A stretch of 64,000 nt of DNA from Laetmonice hystrix. Its lineage: Eukaryota. Position numbers and translations under genes: made by a program. The stretch is from positions 15,562,001 to 15,626,000 of the forward strand of contig OZ249441.1 of the NCBI GenBank assembly GCA_965235115.1, in the 5' to 3' direction. Of this stretch, positions 40,108 to 52,464 are shown piece by piece. Position 1 is the first letter of the stretch. Each line of letters begins with the position of its first letter. The notes below the pieces were generated by a model. The model was not told where the DNA came from, did no database searches, and saw only the letters and a program-made list of their open reading frames with translations.

Positions 40108-42410
40108 ATGGCTCGGCTTGATTTCATCCTGTCGGTAATTTTACTCGTTTCTGGGATAAAAATTGCTGAGCCAAACTTCAATGTCGGGGAACGCGACAAC
40201 AGCCAAGCATTCCTTGCCAAACCTGTAGATTTGTTCATCGAATGGGGTAAGACCATCAGACTCTATTTATGTTAGAGAAATGAAAAGTGTATAAGATGTG
40301 TGCAGGACTGTCTTCTATCACAGAGTACCCTATTCTGTGCTTCTATCTCCTTGCGCCNNNNNNNNNNNNNNNNNNNNNNNNNNNNNNNNNNNNNNNNNNN
40401 NNNNNNNNNNNNNNNNNNNNNNNNNNNNNNNNNNNNNNNNNNNNNNNNNNNNNNNNNNNNNNNNNNNNNNNNNNNNNNNNNNNNNNNNNNNNNNNNNNNN
40501 NNNNNNNNNNNNNNNNNNNNNNNNNNNNNNNNNNNNNNNNNNNNNNNNNNNNNNNNNNNNNNNNNNNNNNNNNNNNNNNNNNNNNNNNNNNNNNNNGAGG
40601 GGCAGAATACTTGATATTCTCAAACAAATTGCGGCAGAGATACTTCTGCGTTTGAAACGTATATTGTTTTACTGGACTTGAGATTCTTGTTTTCCCTCAC
40701 CAGATCCTCTTTTACTCTGCGACCCGTCACAAAATGGATCGTGCACACTAGGAGACCGAATTCCACACCCATACGACTGCAGCCTTTATCAAGAATGCGA
40801 ATTTACTGACAAATGGGTCGACCGACCATGTGGCAAAACAACTAAGTTTGATAAAAATCTAATAACCTGTTTGGAGGCGGATAAGGCCGATTGTCAGCCG
40901 CCCGACTTCTGCAACTCTACGACTACTACAACGGCCGGAGAAGGTAGGCAGATCTACAAGGCTATACGGCAACTTAAATGGCATGAGGAAGTATATATCA
41001 TCCCCGACTACCTACGTCCTGATCATCCGACCCATACTAATTTTCCAAAATGCCGCCAAGTTTTCCACTGACTCATACCGACTCGACTCTACATTTAAAG
41101 GAAGTATTTCACGAATTTCAAGTAATAAGAAATATGTCTGCATTGTGGTTCTATGGTCCTATACATTTCTATGTGGACTTGGCGGGTATTATATAAAATA
41201 CATTCAAAAAGTCGCCAAATTTTATTCCAGTCACTGAAAATGACCTACTTGGCTTCCGAGAGCCCGGGAGTTGTTTGTCTACTCCTGCGCCCACGGCTAG
41301 GCAAATTATGGTCTGTGCAAATTAGAAGCTCTTCTGTCAGTATTCGCAATACATGTATTATATAAGATTTGTACCAGCGAAAATAGACTTCGAATATTGT
41401 CAGCATTATTCGAAATGCTAAAACGGCGGGATTCATCGTGTGTACGTACCCTCGTGCTAGTTTTTGTAATTTTTCCACCATCAGGGATAATTTCACAACT
41501 ATCTACTCATAGGAGGTGTTAACAGGATCAATATGAAAAACATTCAGTGACATAAATTACGTCAGTTCTGAGGAAATGAGCATAAATCTGAAGATTCCGG
41601 TCGATCGGGCGGGTGACACCATCCCTTTAACATAGGAACGCAACCGGCCCCCAAAAGTGTACGTAGCTCCTACATTCGGACCCCTAAACACGGGGGGAGG
41701 GGGTGCTCGACCTTGGGAATTTTTCCAGCTCTGTTATTTTGTTTTCCACTTCAGATGGAATTAGCACTGGATCCGTTACAACATTGCATTCAACGGACAC
41801 GAGCTTGCCAAGCGATGGGGAGGGTATGTAGGCCCTGAACTGCTCTCGTGGAGGGTATGAAAGGTAGACATAATATTCCTGATCTTTATAGTACAGCCAT
41901 TCGATCTATGCCCTCTTCTGGACTATGTCATTCGTTGTTGTAGACCGGAACGGCCTTGATGGAGGACAGATCGCTGGTATCACCATAGCCGTGCTCCTCT
42001 TGCTGGTGGTCATCATACTAATAGGCATTTATCTTTGGACAAAGAAGTCTAGGTTGGTATGGGTCTAAGGACTGAGAGTCAACATAAGGGTAAGAAGCGG
42101 GACCCGGTCTGGTGTATCCATCTTCACACATAGAATCGTGACTAGCCACACATAAAAATGTACGCACGCAGCTACATGCGTGAATGCGTATAGGGTCACA
42201 CATACCCCCACTCACTACACAAGCACGACGCACCCTGACATACAGACAGTATTGAGGCTAGTATTATACATTATATGACCTTCCTGTCCTACTTTTATCA
42301 GGGCCAGGGCTATAGGGGACTCGTCGTTTGTGGATAACACCAAATCTGATGCTCTACCGGAAGAACAAAAACCAGCGACATCGCTGACTGGAGACGTCCA
42401 CAACCCATGA
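40108..42410 (+). CDS. Type-I membrane protein with signal peptide, peritrophin-A/CBM14 chitin-binding domain, S/T-rich stalk, TM helix and short tail (~221 aa, 5 exons)
   Basis: Exons 40108-40246, 40704-40943, 41755-41823, 41944-42052 and 42302-42410 all have GT-AG boundaries, phases 1/1/1/2, and total 666 nt. Translation includes MARLDFILSVILLVSGIKIA, CTLGDRIPHPYDCSLYQECEFTDKWVDRPCGKTTKFDKNLITCLEADKADC and GLDGGQIAGITIAVLLLLVVIILIGIYLWTKKSR. An extra exon could hide in the N gap at 40358-40596. Confidence 0.85.
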
Positions 42411-42607
42411 CACCCAGACCAATGGCGAAATTCTCGGTTCACTTTGTACATTTTAAGAGCATGCTAAAATTTAGAACTGCTACTTGACTCAGTCGTATAC
42501 AAAAATCCTCTGGGCAAAAGAAAACCAATAAATTATACATAAGAGGTAGGCCTATTAAGTGTTCCTTAAATGATTAGCGATCCAACTAATAAAAATAATA
42601 AAGTTTA

Positions 42608-42777
42608 AGCCAGGAATTCATGTGTACGTAGTGTGGGCGTGATGCGTACTGCGTAATGCGTATTCATCAAAATCAATGAAAACAAGTTGGAGTGATTCTA
42701 TGTGTGCGTAGTGCGTAATGCGTGTTTTCATTGTTTTGATTACGCACTACGCACTACGGACACATGGAGTCCTGGTT
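42608..42777. mobile_element. Harbinger-like MITE with TTA TSD
   Basis: TTA|agccaggaattcatgtgtacgtagtg ... cactacggacacatggagtcctggtt|TTA. Confidence 0.72.
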
Positions 42778-42959
42778 TTAGCGTGACCAGTTGGGCAACC
42801 CGTTACGATTCCAATTTTGCTGCAATGTTTGCTGGTTATAGATATGGTATAAGGCATCAGAGGATCACGGACTAGAGCAGAGAATAGACTTCATCTCGAA
42901 GTGTGTTCAGCATACTGTATATTTATTAATACCCTGTTTCAAATTATTATGATATGTAC

Positions 42960-43136
42960 CAGGGGCTATTGCAATTGGGGGGCTACATCCAGAATTTTGC
43001 AAAGGGGGGGGGCTTGATGTATGTAAAACCTCTTATGTGCGCCGTAGACGCACTGCACAATGATAACCCTGGAGTCAGCTGGGGGGGGGGGGCTTAAGCC
43101 CCCCCCCCCCCCCCCCCCCCACTGGATCCGCCACTG
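42960..43136. mobile_element. CAG-ended non-autonomous element with a G12-CTTAAG-C-run hairpin
   Basis: Ends caggggc... and ...ggatccgccactg. Flanks atgtac / ctgtac match at 5 of 6 bases. Confidence 0.5.
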
Positions 43137-45156
43137 CTGTACCGAGTGCATGTTCACAGCAGTCAACCTATATTGAACCGGACATCAGGGCGGTATAGCC
43201 CCATGAATGTATATAATAGTAATATACTTAATGATGTTTTCTAGTGACTTGCATTCAGGCAGTCGTCCCTACTATAAACGACATGCACTGATTCCTCGTC
43301 AGCTAACCTAATAGTATACAGTGGCCGAGTGCACTGGTGCATAAACCCGGGCAGCCTCGGTGAGAAAAAACAGACAACGGGGAAGGGACGGTCCTTCCGA
43401 GGTGTTATTATTGTAGCCACGTTGATTCCGACTCGACAGGTTTATCTACAGTACCATAGACGTAATGTTTAGGACGGACCGTAATGAGGCGTCAAAAATG
43501 AGGTGATCAGATGTCGTCATGCAAGAAAACGGAAACAGGTGAGGTGTTTGAGCCGATTAATTAGGGAGGGTCACATCTGTAGAGGCGTTCTTATAACAAT
43601 ATACGCCCACAACCACAGTGCCCATTATTAAACCAACGCCCAGTTGTGTTATCTCAGTGTGTTTTGATGTTCTGAGACAGTCATTAAAACTATTAGATAA
43701 CTAAGAAAATGTGGAAATTGGACAAAGTAAGCAGGTGAGTGTGTGGAGGTTATGGCTGCTTCGGAATGTGTATCCAATCCCTCTATCTGTACCTGACCTA
43801 TTTTGTATTCGCCATGAAGGTGCGCCTACTGAACTTCACGCTTTTGGAATAATTTAGAAAAGGATTATATAGCCACGATGAGGGTCTTTCAGTACCGTCA
43901 ATATAATATTATACATTGACGACAAAAGTGTGTGTTGCACTTTAGAAAGGTACTTATAATAGGTTATATATCAACTTGTCAAATGTAGAATTCAAAGTGA
44001 CCTTTCAGCACATTGACCATAGAGAGGTCATGGAGGATCATTCATCCATACCCCCGGCACCTGGACATAATTACCCGTTAATTGGGACCGAAACGTTCTC
44101 TCTGAGGTGCTTGGATTCTCCCACCAATTTGTCTTTTCCGGACGTATAGGATATTTTCCCGTGGACAATTCCACCCCTCAAAGTTCTCCTTTACAACGTA
44201 CATAGTAACCTGGGGGGGGGGGGGGGGAGGGCGTTGGCCTACTTCATGGTCCACGGACCACTGAACCACACAGGCCTACATGTGGCTTTCTTCGCAAATA
44301 GTTTGGTGGAAAAGATTTCAATCTATGCGATGTTCTCTGTATATCCATATGAAATATTTTGTTATTTAGAGAATATTTCAAGTGTAAAATGGTGTAATAT
44401 TAGGACTGCATGTATGTACATATATACATAATCAATATGTTTACAAGACAAAAGGGGTTATCAACACCAGTATAATCCATGCCCCACCAGTTCGTACATG
44501 GAAAATGGTCTTAAAGGGAATAGAAAAGTTCCTCACTAACGTACCTTTGAACACCAGTAACACCATATAAAGTGTCTAAGGTCACACCGATAAGTGGAAC
44601 ACTGTCAACGGCGACTTTTTAAAAATACCGCCCGGGTCATTCGCTATTTCCCACGCGAGACAGCGGGAGCTATATCTATTAATAAATTGAGATAAGGGCC
44701 AAATAGGGTAAACAAACCGACGAAGCCAGCGGGAGAATGTCTCTACATTTCGGTTGATTATTCCTTTATTAAAGATCAGATAATCACAGAATTGTAGGTA
44801 AGAGCAAGCTTGTTCATGCTGAACACCCTTATATTAGTTTGAACTTTTCTATTCCCTTTAAATCGATAGTGCAGAATGGTCTACCCGTATACAATAATGG
44901 GGATGATCATACCGTTGTTTAAAATCCAACACTATAACCTATATACTGAAGATTGCAGTTTTTCCGACAATAGCCGTTTCCGCAGCCGACACACAATGAT
45001 AAAGTTCAACGCTTCGATACTTATCTATCGTAAATAGATGACCCCCCCCCCCTATACTTTCTATATTTCTACCCTGGAACATTCCAAAATGTTAACTGGA
45101 ATAACCCTGACGCCGCTTAATAGAAGGCAAAGTGTCTTAGTTCTATCTGTCTTTAA

Positions 45157-45300
45157 AGGTGCATATTATCAGGAAACATAAAAAATCGGTATTTCAAAGA
45201 ACTTTTGCTGTTTTCATGAAGAGATCCTTCATAAAAATTGATTGGTAAACACAGACAGACTTATCAGTTCCATTTTGCGTGAGAAATCGAATTTTCTGGA
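45157..45300 (-). mobile_element. Partial inverted copy of the Kolobok-like element at 38745-39272
   Basis: TTAA|aggtgcatattat...gagaaatcgaa is the reverse complement of about 39130-39272, with a few substitutions. Confidence 0.8.
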
Positions 45301-45498
45301 ACCCCCTTGCTGGCCATCTGGAAAAACGGCTCCGCCCACCGTTTGCACGTGGATTTTGTTGACACACGTGACACGCAGAACCCTCGCGCATGCTCAGACG
45401 GTTTGTGTTGAAGCGTTTAACGGCTGACGAACGCGACACGGAGATGGCGAGTATAGCCTAAACGCCGAATATTTCGCGTGTATACGTTTAGTGTTAAA

Positions 45499-45711
45499 AG
45501 CAGTGCACACTACTTGCGGTCCTACCTGCGGTCAAAAAATCGGCGGCAAAAATCAAACCAGTTTGATTCTTGCGGTGACGTCGCAGGCACACCTCGCAGG
45601 CAGATCGGGGACACAATTTGGCTGCGGCGCTTCGCGCACACTACGTAAAATTTGGCTGCGATCAGATCGCCGGTCAAATCGCAGTCATATTTTTGTAGTG
45701 TGCCCCTAGCT
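45499..45711. mobile_element. Harbinger-like MITE (GCACACTAC ends)
   Basis: agcagtgcacactac ... gtagtgtgcccctagct. Confidence 0.45.
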
Positions 45712-46226
45712 TCATAGAGATATACCAGACAACACGACTATCAATAAAAAGTCGTATCGTCCATCGACCCAATAATAACTTTTTTTACAAAAAGTGTCTG
45801 GTTTAGAGGAGCCACCCAGTGGAATAACATGCACCCGGAACAAAAGCAAATAACCGCGGTGAAATTCTTTAAAGTCACCCAAAAGAGACTCTTTTTAAAG
45901 CAAATTGTTATAACAGGTAAACCAACTGCAACCATCAATGACGCATCTCTTTCCCATCTACCATAATCCGAGACATTAACATCATCAGTGCACAACATCT
46001 CTCATTGTAAATGTATAAAATCAAATTCTATAAGTTTGTAGTTTGAGCACTGGACGGTTTTGAAAACCGGTACCTTCTAACTGTACCGAAACCACTTCTA
46101 GTGTAAATAATTGATTTTTTTTAAAAGCCTATTTGAAAAAAAGCAGCATACACTGATCAATAAGGAACCAATTGCATCTTATATTAGACAAATCTAAACT
46201 ATCTCCGATATAGCTACCTGCATGTT

Positions 46227-46562
46227 TGCAATTCATCTCAGACCAGATGCCAATCATGTTTGGTATCTGTCGTACATGAAAACCGGTTTCGGTACATCGG
46301 AACCATGCGGTTTGGGCAGTAGTGTTCGCGGGGTGCGACTAAACACCGACACCGAGCGAATTTACCGAAACCGATCTTGGCATACCGACACCGACCTCCA
46401 GATGGCAATGAAGTCGGTAAAATCCGATCGCATTTTTTCATCGTCCATGCTATGTGAGAAGAAAATCGACACATAATGAGGTAGATCGTTGTAATATGAT
46501 ATATCTGTGCAAACAGGACAGGTTATCTCTGAAAAAATTGAAGCAGTTTGATTCCCTTTAAA
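46227..46562 (+). mobile_element. Interspersed repeat, copy 2 (homologous to 30039-30341)
   Basis: Shared 5' and 3' blocks with copy 1 and a diverged middle. Confidence 0.65.
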
Positions 46563-46862
46563 GTGAATGGCCACCCCTTTTGACGAACTTATTTATCATT
46601 CCATAACGTGATGTAAATAACATCTTTGTATAAAGTGACTTCTTCCCATGTTGGCTGGGTGTGAGTGCCAATACTGACTGAAACGGATTCGTTGTTGTAT
46701 ATGTTCTGTGATACATGTACACATGTCACTAATAACAAGAGGCTATCTAGTATAAAATAGTACATGGTTCCGCCCCGTCCCGCCTTACAGAACCTGTTTT
46801 TTGTATCTTCGTTTAGATCAGATTAATATATAGGGTGGCGGCCTCAACAACAAACGTTCAGA

Positions 46863-49800
46863 ATGGCTGAATCCCCGCCAAAGGAGGACAATGATGTCCT
46901 TCAGGACAATGATGTCCTTCAGGACAATGATGTCCCTCAGGACAATGATGTCCCTCAGGACAATGATGTCCTTCGCAAACCACAGCCCCCTACAACAGCT
47001 AATGGCATTAGGAAGAGGACGCCCAGGAACCGCCGCTATGCGGGGCTGCAGCAACCTCTTCACGTGAAGTTTATGCAGTCCATAAGACGAAACGATGTCA
47101 ATAACGTTTTGGCCACACTCCAGGTTCGTATTGTAATATGTTTTTAAACGTTAAACTTAAAAGTGCAACTTTATTCTTACTGTTTCGTCAGAACTATTAA
47201 TAATTATTAGGGTCATCACTTGAATGCGCTCACATCTTTGCAATGAGCGCCTCCTGCCCAGAGAACGCATTACGAGTGTCGAAGGATCAAACTTGCAGGA
47301 AAATCCCGATCAGAAGCTGCACCAAGCTGAGGACACGTACGGGGTGTCGGCCCTTGAGCAAGCCGTTCTCTCTGGCTCAGTCGAGATCCTCGAGCAGCTG
47401 TTTGAGAAGTGCCAGACTCCTGCAGAACGGAACCAAGCAATTGAACGTGCGATGCTCTTTGCCATCAAGGAGAACAATGTGGAGCTTGTAGATCGCCTTA
47501 TTGACATGCACAAGGACACGGGGTAGGCCTCCATAACGCTTGCTCATACCATAAGGTTAAAAAAAAAAATGTGTATCACTGTTGGTTTAAATATATTGGA
47601 CGCCAAATGCTGATGTCTTCATTGTCATCATTCGCTTTTGAAACTGATGTGCATATTACGCATATCATGTGCAGAGACTACACTAGCATAATACAAAGAA
47701 CTGAGGAATACATTGTGTACACCTTATAAATTGTAGAAAATTTTTACTTCTAGACTCTTGCTATATTAACAGAGACTTGTTTAATATTTAGGATGTGCAA
47801 GCATGTGGACACTCCACCCATACCGTCCCGCTCCAAAGCCAAAACATCCGTGACTGTCGGTGTGACTGAGCTTGAGCTTCGGTCAAGCAGCGAAAGGGCA
47901 CTGAGCAACGATCCCTGCTGGGAGGACGCCGAGTTCTCAGAGGCAGGCTACCCAGACGTCTCTCTGTCTCTCTCTGTTTCTCTGTAACTCTTTGTCTGTT
48001 TATCCCTGTCTCTCTCTATCTCTATCTGTCTCTCTGTCCCCCTCTGCCTCACTCTGTCTCTCTCTGCGACACTCTCTTGTCCTACACCTTGATATTCTTT
48101 CCTCCGGGGGGAATGCACTAACATTGCCAGTTTTATATCACTCGAAATTACAATTGGAGATGCGACTTCCCGAGGTAAATGTCCGAGCCATTGGAAAGCC
48201 ATTGAAAAGCCATTGGAAAGCCATTGAAAAGCGATGGTTGTTCACCTTTTCAATATTGGTGCTACCATGTTTACGCTGTCTCCAGCTTATTGCTACTGCT
48301 CTGTCCGAACAGGAGATCAAACCAATGGTGCTGGCCGCCCAGTTGGAGCGGTCCGAGATCATCTCTATGCTGCACCACCGATGCTGCCCCGATATCCACC
48401 CACTTACATGTACGGTTACTTCCGCCATGTACTTCTGCTCACAATATAATGCGAATATTATCATTCTTTACATTGCAAATTGTGGTTTTTAGATCTCTAG
48501 GCATAAATCATGTTTCCATGCATCACGCATGATTCTTATATATGTCGACATATTTTCATAATGCTTGTCGTGGATTACTTTCTCTCTCTCTCAGCGGGGA
48601 ACTGTTCAAGCGGTGACTGCTACATCTGTGGCCAGCACAGCACACAAGTGGGCCGGCAGACGGTGGAGGAGTGTCGCAAGGTAATTGAGGTGTACAAGGC
48701 TCTCTCCAGCCCCGCCTACATGTTCCAGGCCAGTGTTGAGGACCCTATACTGGAGGCTTTTGTCATCGCCGACTTCATGGATCGGCGCCAGATCGTCGAC
48801 CCCGCATATAAGGTATAATATAAAGTGCCATTTAAACCATCAACCAATTTCCTGAAAATTGTATCTGATGTTACTGCGCCTAAGCTACTTCATGGAGGCC
48901 ATTGATGTTAGTAACAGCACGTCCTGCATATGTTAAATCTTTTATTGTTTTCAAGCCTAAACTCGTGTGGTGTTATCTTTGAACCAGGATGAGTACCAAG
49001 CTATTTCCCTGCGTTGTCAGCATTTTGCTACTGACCTTCTTGGGTTATGTCGGACGACAAAGGAGGTACACACCTTATTCAATGTCCAAGGCGGAATCGA
49101 GAAAATGCACAGGACGAAATTTCACCACGCCCGATTTCCGCGGCTTCTAGTGTCAATTTACTTCAATCAGAAAGACGTAAGATCTCTCGTTTCTTTTCAT
49201 AAATAAATATAAATGTGCATGCAGGGGTCTATGAACTAGTCAGGCTGGTCCCTTTCCGAGTCTTTTATAGATGCCCTAAACAAAACTCAAATAGATGCTG
49301 TAGGTCTACTGGCTGCCTCTGGAATGGACCAATATTGGAACAAAAGCCTTAAAAAGAATGAGAGACATAGACAATAAGACAACTGTTGGTTGACCTTTCT
49401 CTTTTCTTTCAGTTCGTCGCGCATCCCAACTGCCAGCAAGTGATGCAGGCTCAGTGGTACAGTGGTCTCCCTGACTGGGTCTGCCAGACGCGCCAGCATC
49501 ACTTCCGGGTCGCTGCCTACGTCATAATGTTAGCTGTCTTTATGCCCGTTTTCTTTGGCATGTACATGTTCCGCATCGACTGTGTCGAGCATTTTGTGAA
49601 GCCTGCTGCCAACAAGTTTATATTTGACAGTATTTCCTTCATACTCTTCCTCATGCTGTTATTTCTGAAAGTATCTCTTGCGCAAGAACACGTGCGTGGA
49701 GGCGGTCTAGATGCAATTGACTGCGTGATTTTCATTTGGGTCATTGGACTGACAGTGAGATACGTCAAAATGAGCTTCCGACGCCGTGACCGTTTCCTGA

Positions 49801-51949
49801 CTTGGGTAAACGTCGAGAACACCAATTGGCGTTTCTACGAATTTCTCATGATTACTTGCTTCTGGTTACATTTCATACTAGTCTTCATCGTCATGGGTAT
49901 TGCCAATGCAAAACACGAAGTTGGTTTGGAAAGATACAAGTGGGACCCTCTCGATCCATATCTCTGGGCAGAGGTCTTTTTTGCCGCTGCCAACGTATTG
50001 ACTGTCGTGCAGGTGTACTCGTTCTTCAAGGTCAGTAGTACCTTGGGTCCCCTGCAGGTGTCGCTGAAGAAGATGGTGTTTGACGTCAGCAAATTCATGG
50101 TCCTCTTCTTCGTTGTGCTGTCTGCCTTCGCCATCGGGATGGCTTATTTGTATTCTGGATATGCCGACAATGTCATCCACAACCCGTCAAGCGGGGAAAA
50201 TACGACACAGGAGGACTCGTTTTCAAGGTTTCTTTCCCTGAGATTTAGTACATCTAACTATACGCCTTGAACATTATCAGGACAATCAGAAATTCTAGAG
50301 ACCAACCTCATTTGATCTCTAGGTTGTCCGCATGACAATGTCATTTATTTTTCCTTATTATGAACGCTGAGCAATCGGAGTCCATGGGGTCTCCTTCATG
50401 TATGCAGGTTTACAGTGGACATCACAGACGTTCAGTACACAATGTCACATAGTACAAGTACTTGGTATCTATTCTTGACCTAATTATAATTAAAAGGTGA
50501 AGCTTGGACTTACATGTACTTCATTTCTAGCCTTCAGAACGCCTACAAACGCCTGTTTTGGGACCTGTTTGGCTACGGCACGGAAGAGTACGCTCACTTG
50601 GCAAGTATGCTGGTGAAGAACGGGGTCGCCGCAAACGGGACTCGAGGCCAGGCAACACTGGTGTCTCACCGTATGACGGAGCTATTCGGATACTGCTTCT
50701 ATGGCGCCTACCATATCACTGTCATCGTCGTGCTCCTCAACATGCTCATCGCCATGATGGCCAACTCCTACAACAATATAGAAGTAAGCCAAATAAACGC
50801 TTCAGGAAACGCACTTCAGCAATAAACGCACTTCAGGAAAATATTGTTTATAGTTCTACATCCTTACGAAAGTGAGTTATGCCCTCAAATCTTATTATTG
50901 TCCTAACGCAGGGCGTCTCAAATTATTTAGAGCTACTTGATATGCATTGTCTTCAAGTTCAGTCAAATCCTATACGTTTTTGCCAGGCCAATGCTGACAC
51001 TGAGTGGAAGTTTGCGCGTACCCGTCTTTTCATGAACTACTTCAACGAGATCGGAGTCACGTGTCCGCCATTCAACCTCATACCCACACGGCCTCTGTTG
51101 GGATTGCTCGCCAATAAGTTTCACTGCTGTCGTTACTTCAAGAAAAAAGAATCTACAAGTCACAGAGATTCGTATAAGGTATAAGGTCAAGATGGACTGC
51201 AAAACTCAAACTCCAAGTATAGTATCAGTTATATTGCCATGTACCGTCCCAATAACTGCCTAATTCGATCCCATAAGCCAGTAGTATACTGTCGTGAAAT
51301 GACAAAAGGAAGCAAGTCCAACTTTCATCAAAATCGACTTAAGTGTAAATTTGGATTCAGGGAAGTAAGTCCTATCTATCAATGGGTGTATTTCTGCTAA
51401 ACATCCTTCTATGAAGCTATCAGTCACATGACAGAAGGAAGCATGTCCACCCAACTGCACTGTAGAGACAACTTGTTTATATATGTCCATTTCTCGAAAC
51501 TTGAACTTTTGGACTTGCTTCCTTTTGTCAATTCACGGCAGTATAGAAGGAAGGGGGGGCAGGAGAAGCTGAGAGGTACACGTTGAATTGAATTATGAAC
51601 GAACTAGTAGAGTTGGCTATTTTCCCACACGCTTGTGTATCAAATGAACGACATCGTTAGACGTGCACTGGAGTGGGGCTGGGGGTGGGGCTGGGGGAAT
51701 AGTTCAAAGAAAGCATTGTAAAATCATATCGGTTTTCTTTTTCTGCAGGCTCTAATACAGCGCCTTTGTAAGCGCTACTGGAAGATGCGGAAAACTCGCG
51801 ACAAACGCTACCATAGTCGCGATGAAGACCAACCAGTTTTCGATGACCTCATGCACTCATCAGGCACTGTTCGATTGAGGCCTCAACGAAACCATAAAGC
51901 CCAAAAGTACTTGATCCAAGGGATTTCCCACTTATCAAGCGTGACCTGA
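46863..51949 (+). CDS. TRPC-family (short transient receptor potential) cation channel, ~866 aa, 10 coding exons
   Basis: Exons 46863-47123, 47299-47522, 47792-47942, 48313-48409, 48595-48812, 48988-49176, 49413-50227, 50531-50783, 50987-51178 and 51749-51949 total 2601 nt in consistent phase. Motifs: ankyrin-like segments, TRP_2 (CSSGDCYIC..YKALSSPAY..DPI), FVAHPNCQQ, LGPLQVSLKKMVFDVSKF, pore LFWDLFG, S6 VLLNMLIAMMANSY, TRP box EWKFAR. Confidence 0.92.
46890..46975 (+). repeat. 18-bp coding tandem repeat, ~5 copies, encoding (DNDV[L/P]Q)n
   Basis: aggacaatgatgtcc(t/c)tc repeated in frame within the first TRPC coding exon. Confidence 0.95.
47950..48070. repeat. (CT/CTGT)n low-complexity tract in TRPC intron 3
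   Basis: Read directly from sequence. An 11-bp repeat ccattg(g/a)aaag, 4 copies, follows at about 48188-48231. Confidence 0.85.
51289..51541. mobile_element. TA-TSD (Tc1/mariner-like) MITE in TRPC intron 9
   Basis: TA|ctgtcgtgaaatgacaaaaggaagcaagtccaa ... ttggacttgcttccttttgtcaattcacggcag|TA, a 33-bp TIR with 2 mismatches. Confidence 0.85.
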
Positions 51950-51967
51950 AGCCTTTCAGGGGCATGG

Positions 51968-52042
51968 GTTGCATGACTGTCCGTTCGTTAATTTCCCCAT
52001 GTATTTTCAATGACAATTTTAACGAACGGACCGTCATGCAAC
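51968..52042. other. 75-nt hairpin (24-bp arms, 1 mismatch) in the TRPC 3' UTR
   Basis: gttgcatgactgtccgttcgttaa (51968-51991) / ttaacgaacggaccgtcatgcaac (52019-52042), flanked by TGG on both sides. Confidence 0.85.
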
Positions 52043-52312
52043 TGGCGCGAGACCAGTCACCAATCGTTAGCGGACAGGCCTCTGGTGGCATCGGTCACTA
52101 TAGCCTGGTTATTAATTATATATTATTTCCTGTAGACCTATCTTGATATTATACATATTTATAGCGTGGCAAAGACTACTGTATACATTGTAGTCTCTTT
52201 GTCTTTTGGTCCGAATACCGTGGCATGGCAACGGCAAGATGGCACTAATTTCTAAAAATAAATACTATATAGTTGTATCTCTGTACAACTATTATTGATG
52301 TGATCTATTTAG

Positions 52313-52464
52313 CAGTGGCCGATAACCACCCCCCCCCCCTATAAGCAGCCAATTTTTCTTTTATCTCCATAAGACCTAAGCAAACCCTACCTCTTATCCC
52401 CCCACCCACCCACCCCGCACCCCCACCCCGCCCCTTACCAAAATCCTGCATGGATGCGCTCCTG
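52313..52464. mobile_element. CAG-ended non-autonomous element
   Basis: cagtggccgata...ggatgcgctcctg. Flanks atttag / attcag match at 5 of 6 bases. Confidence 0.45.
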
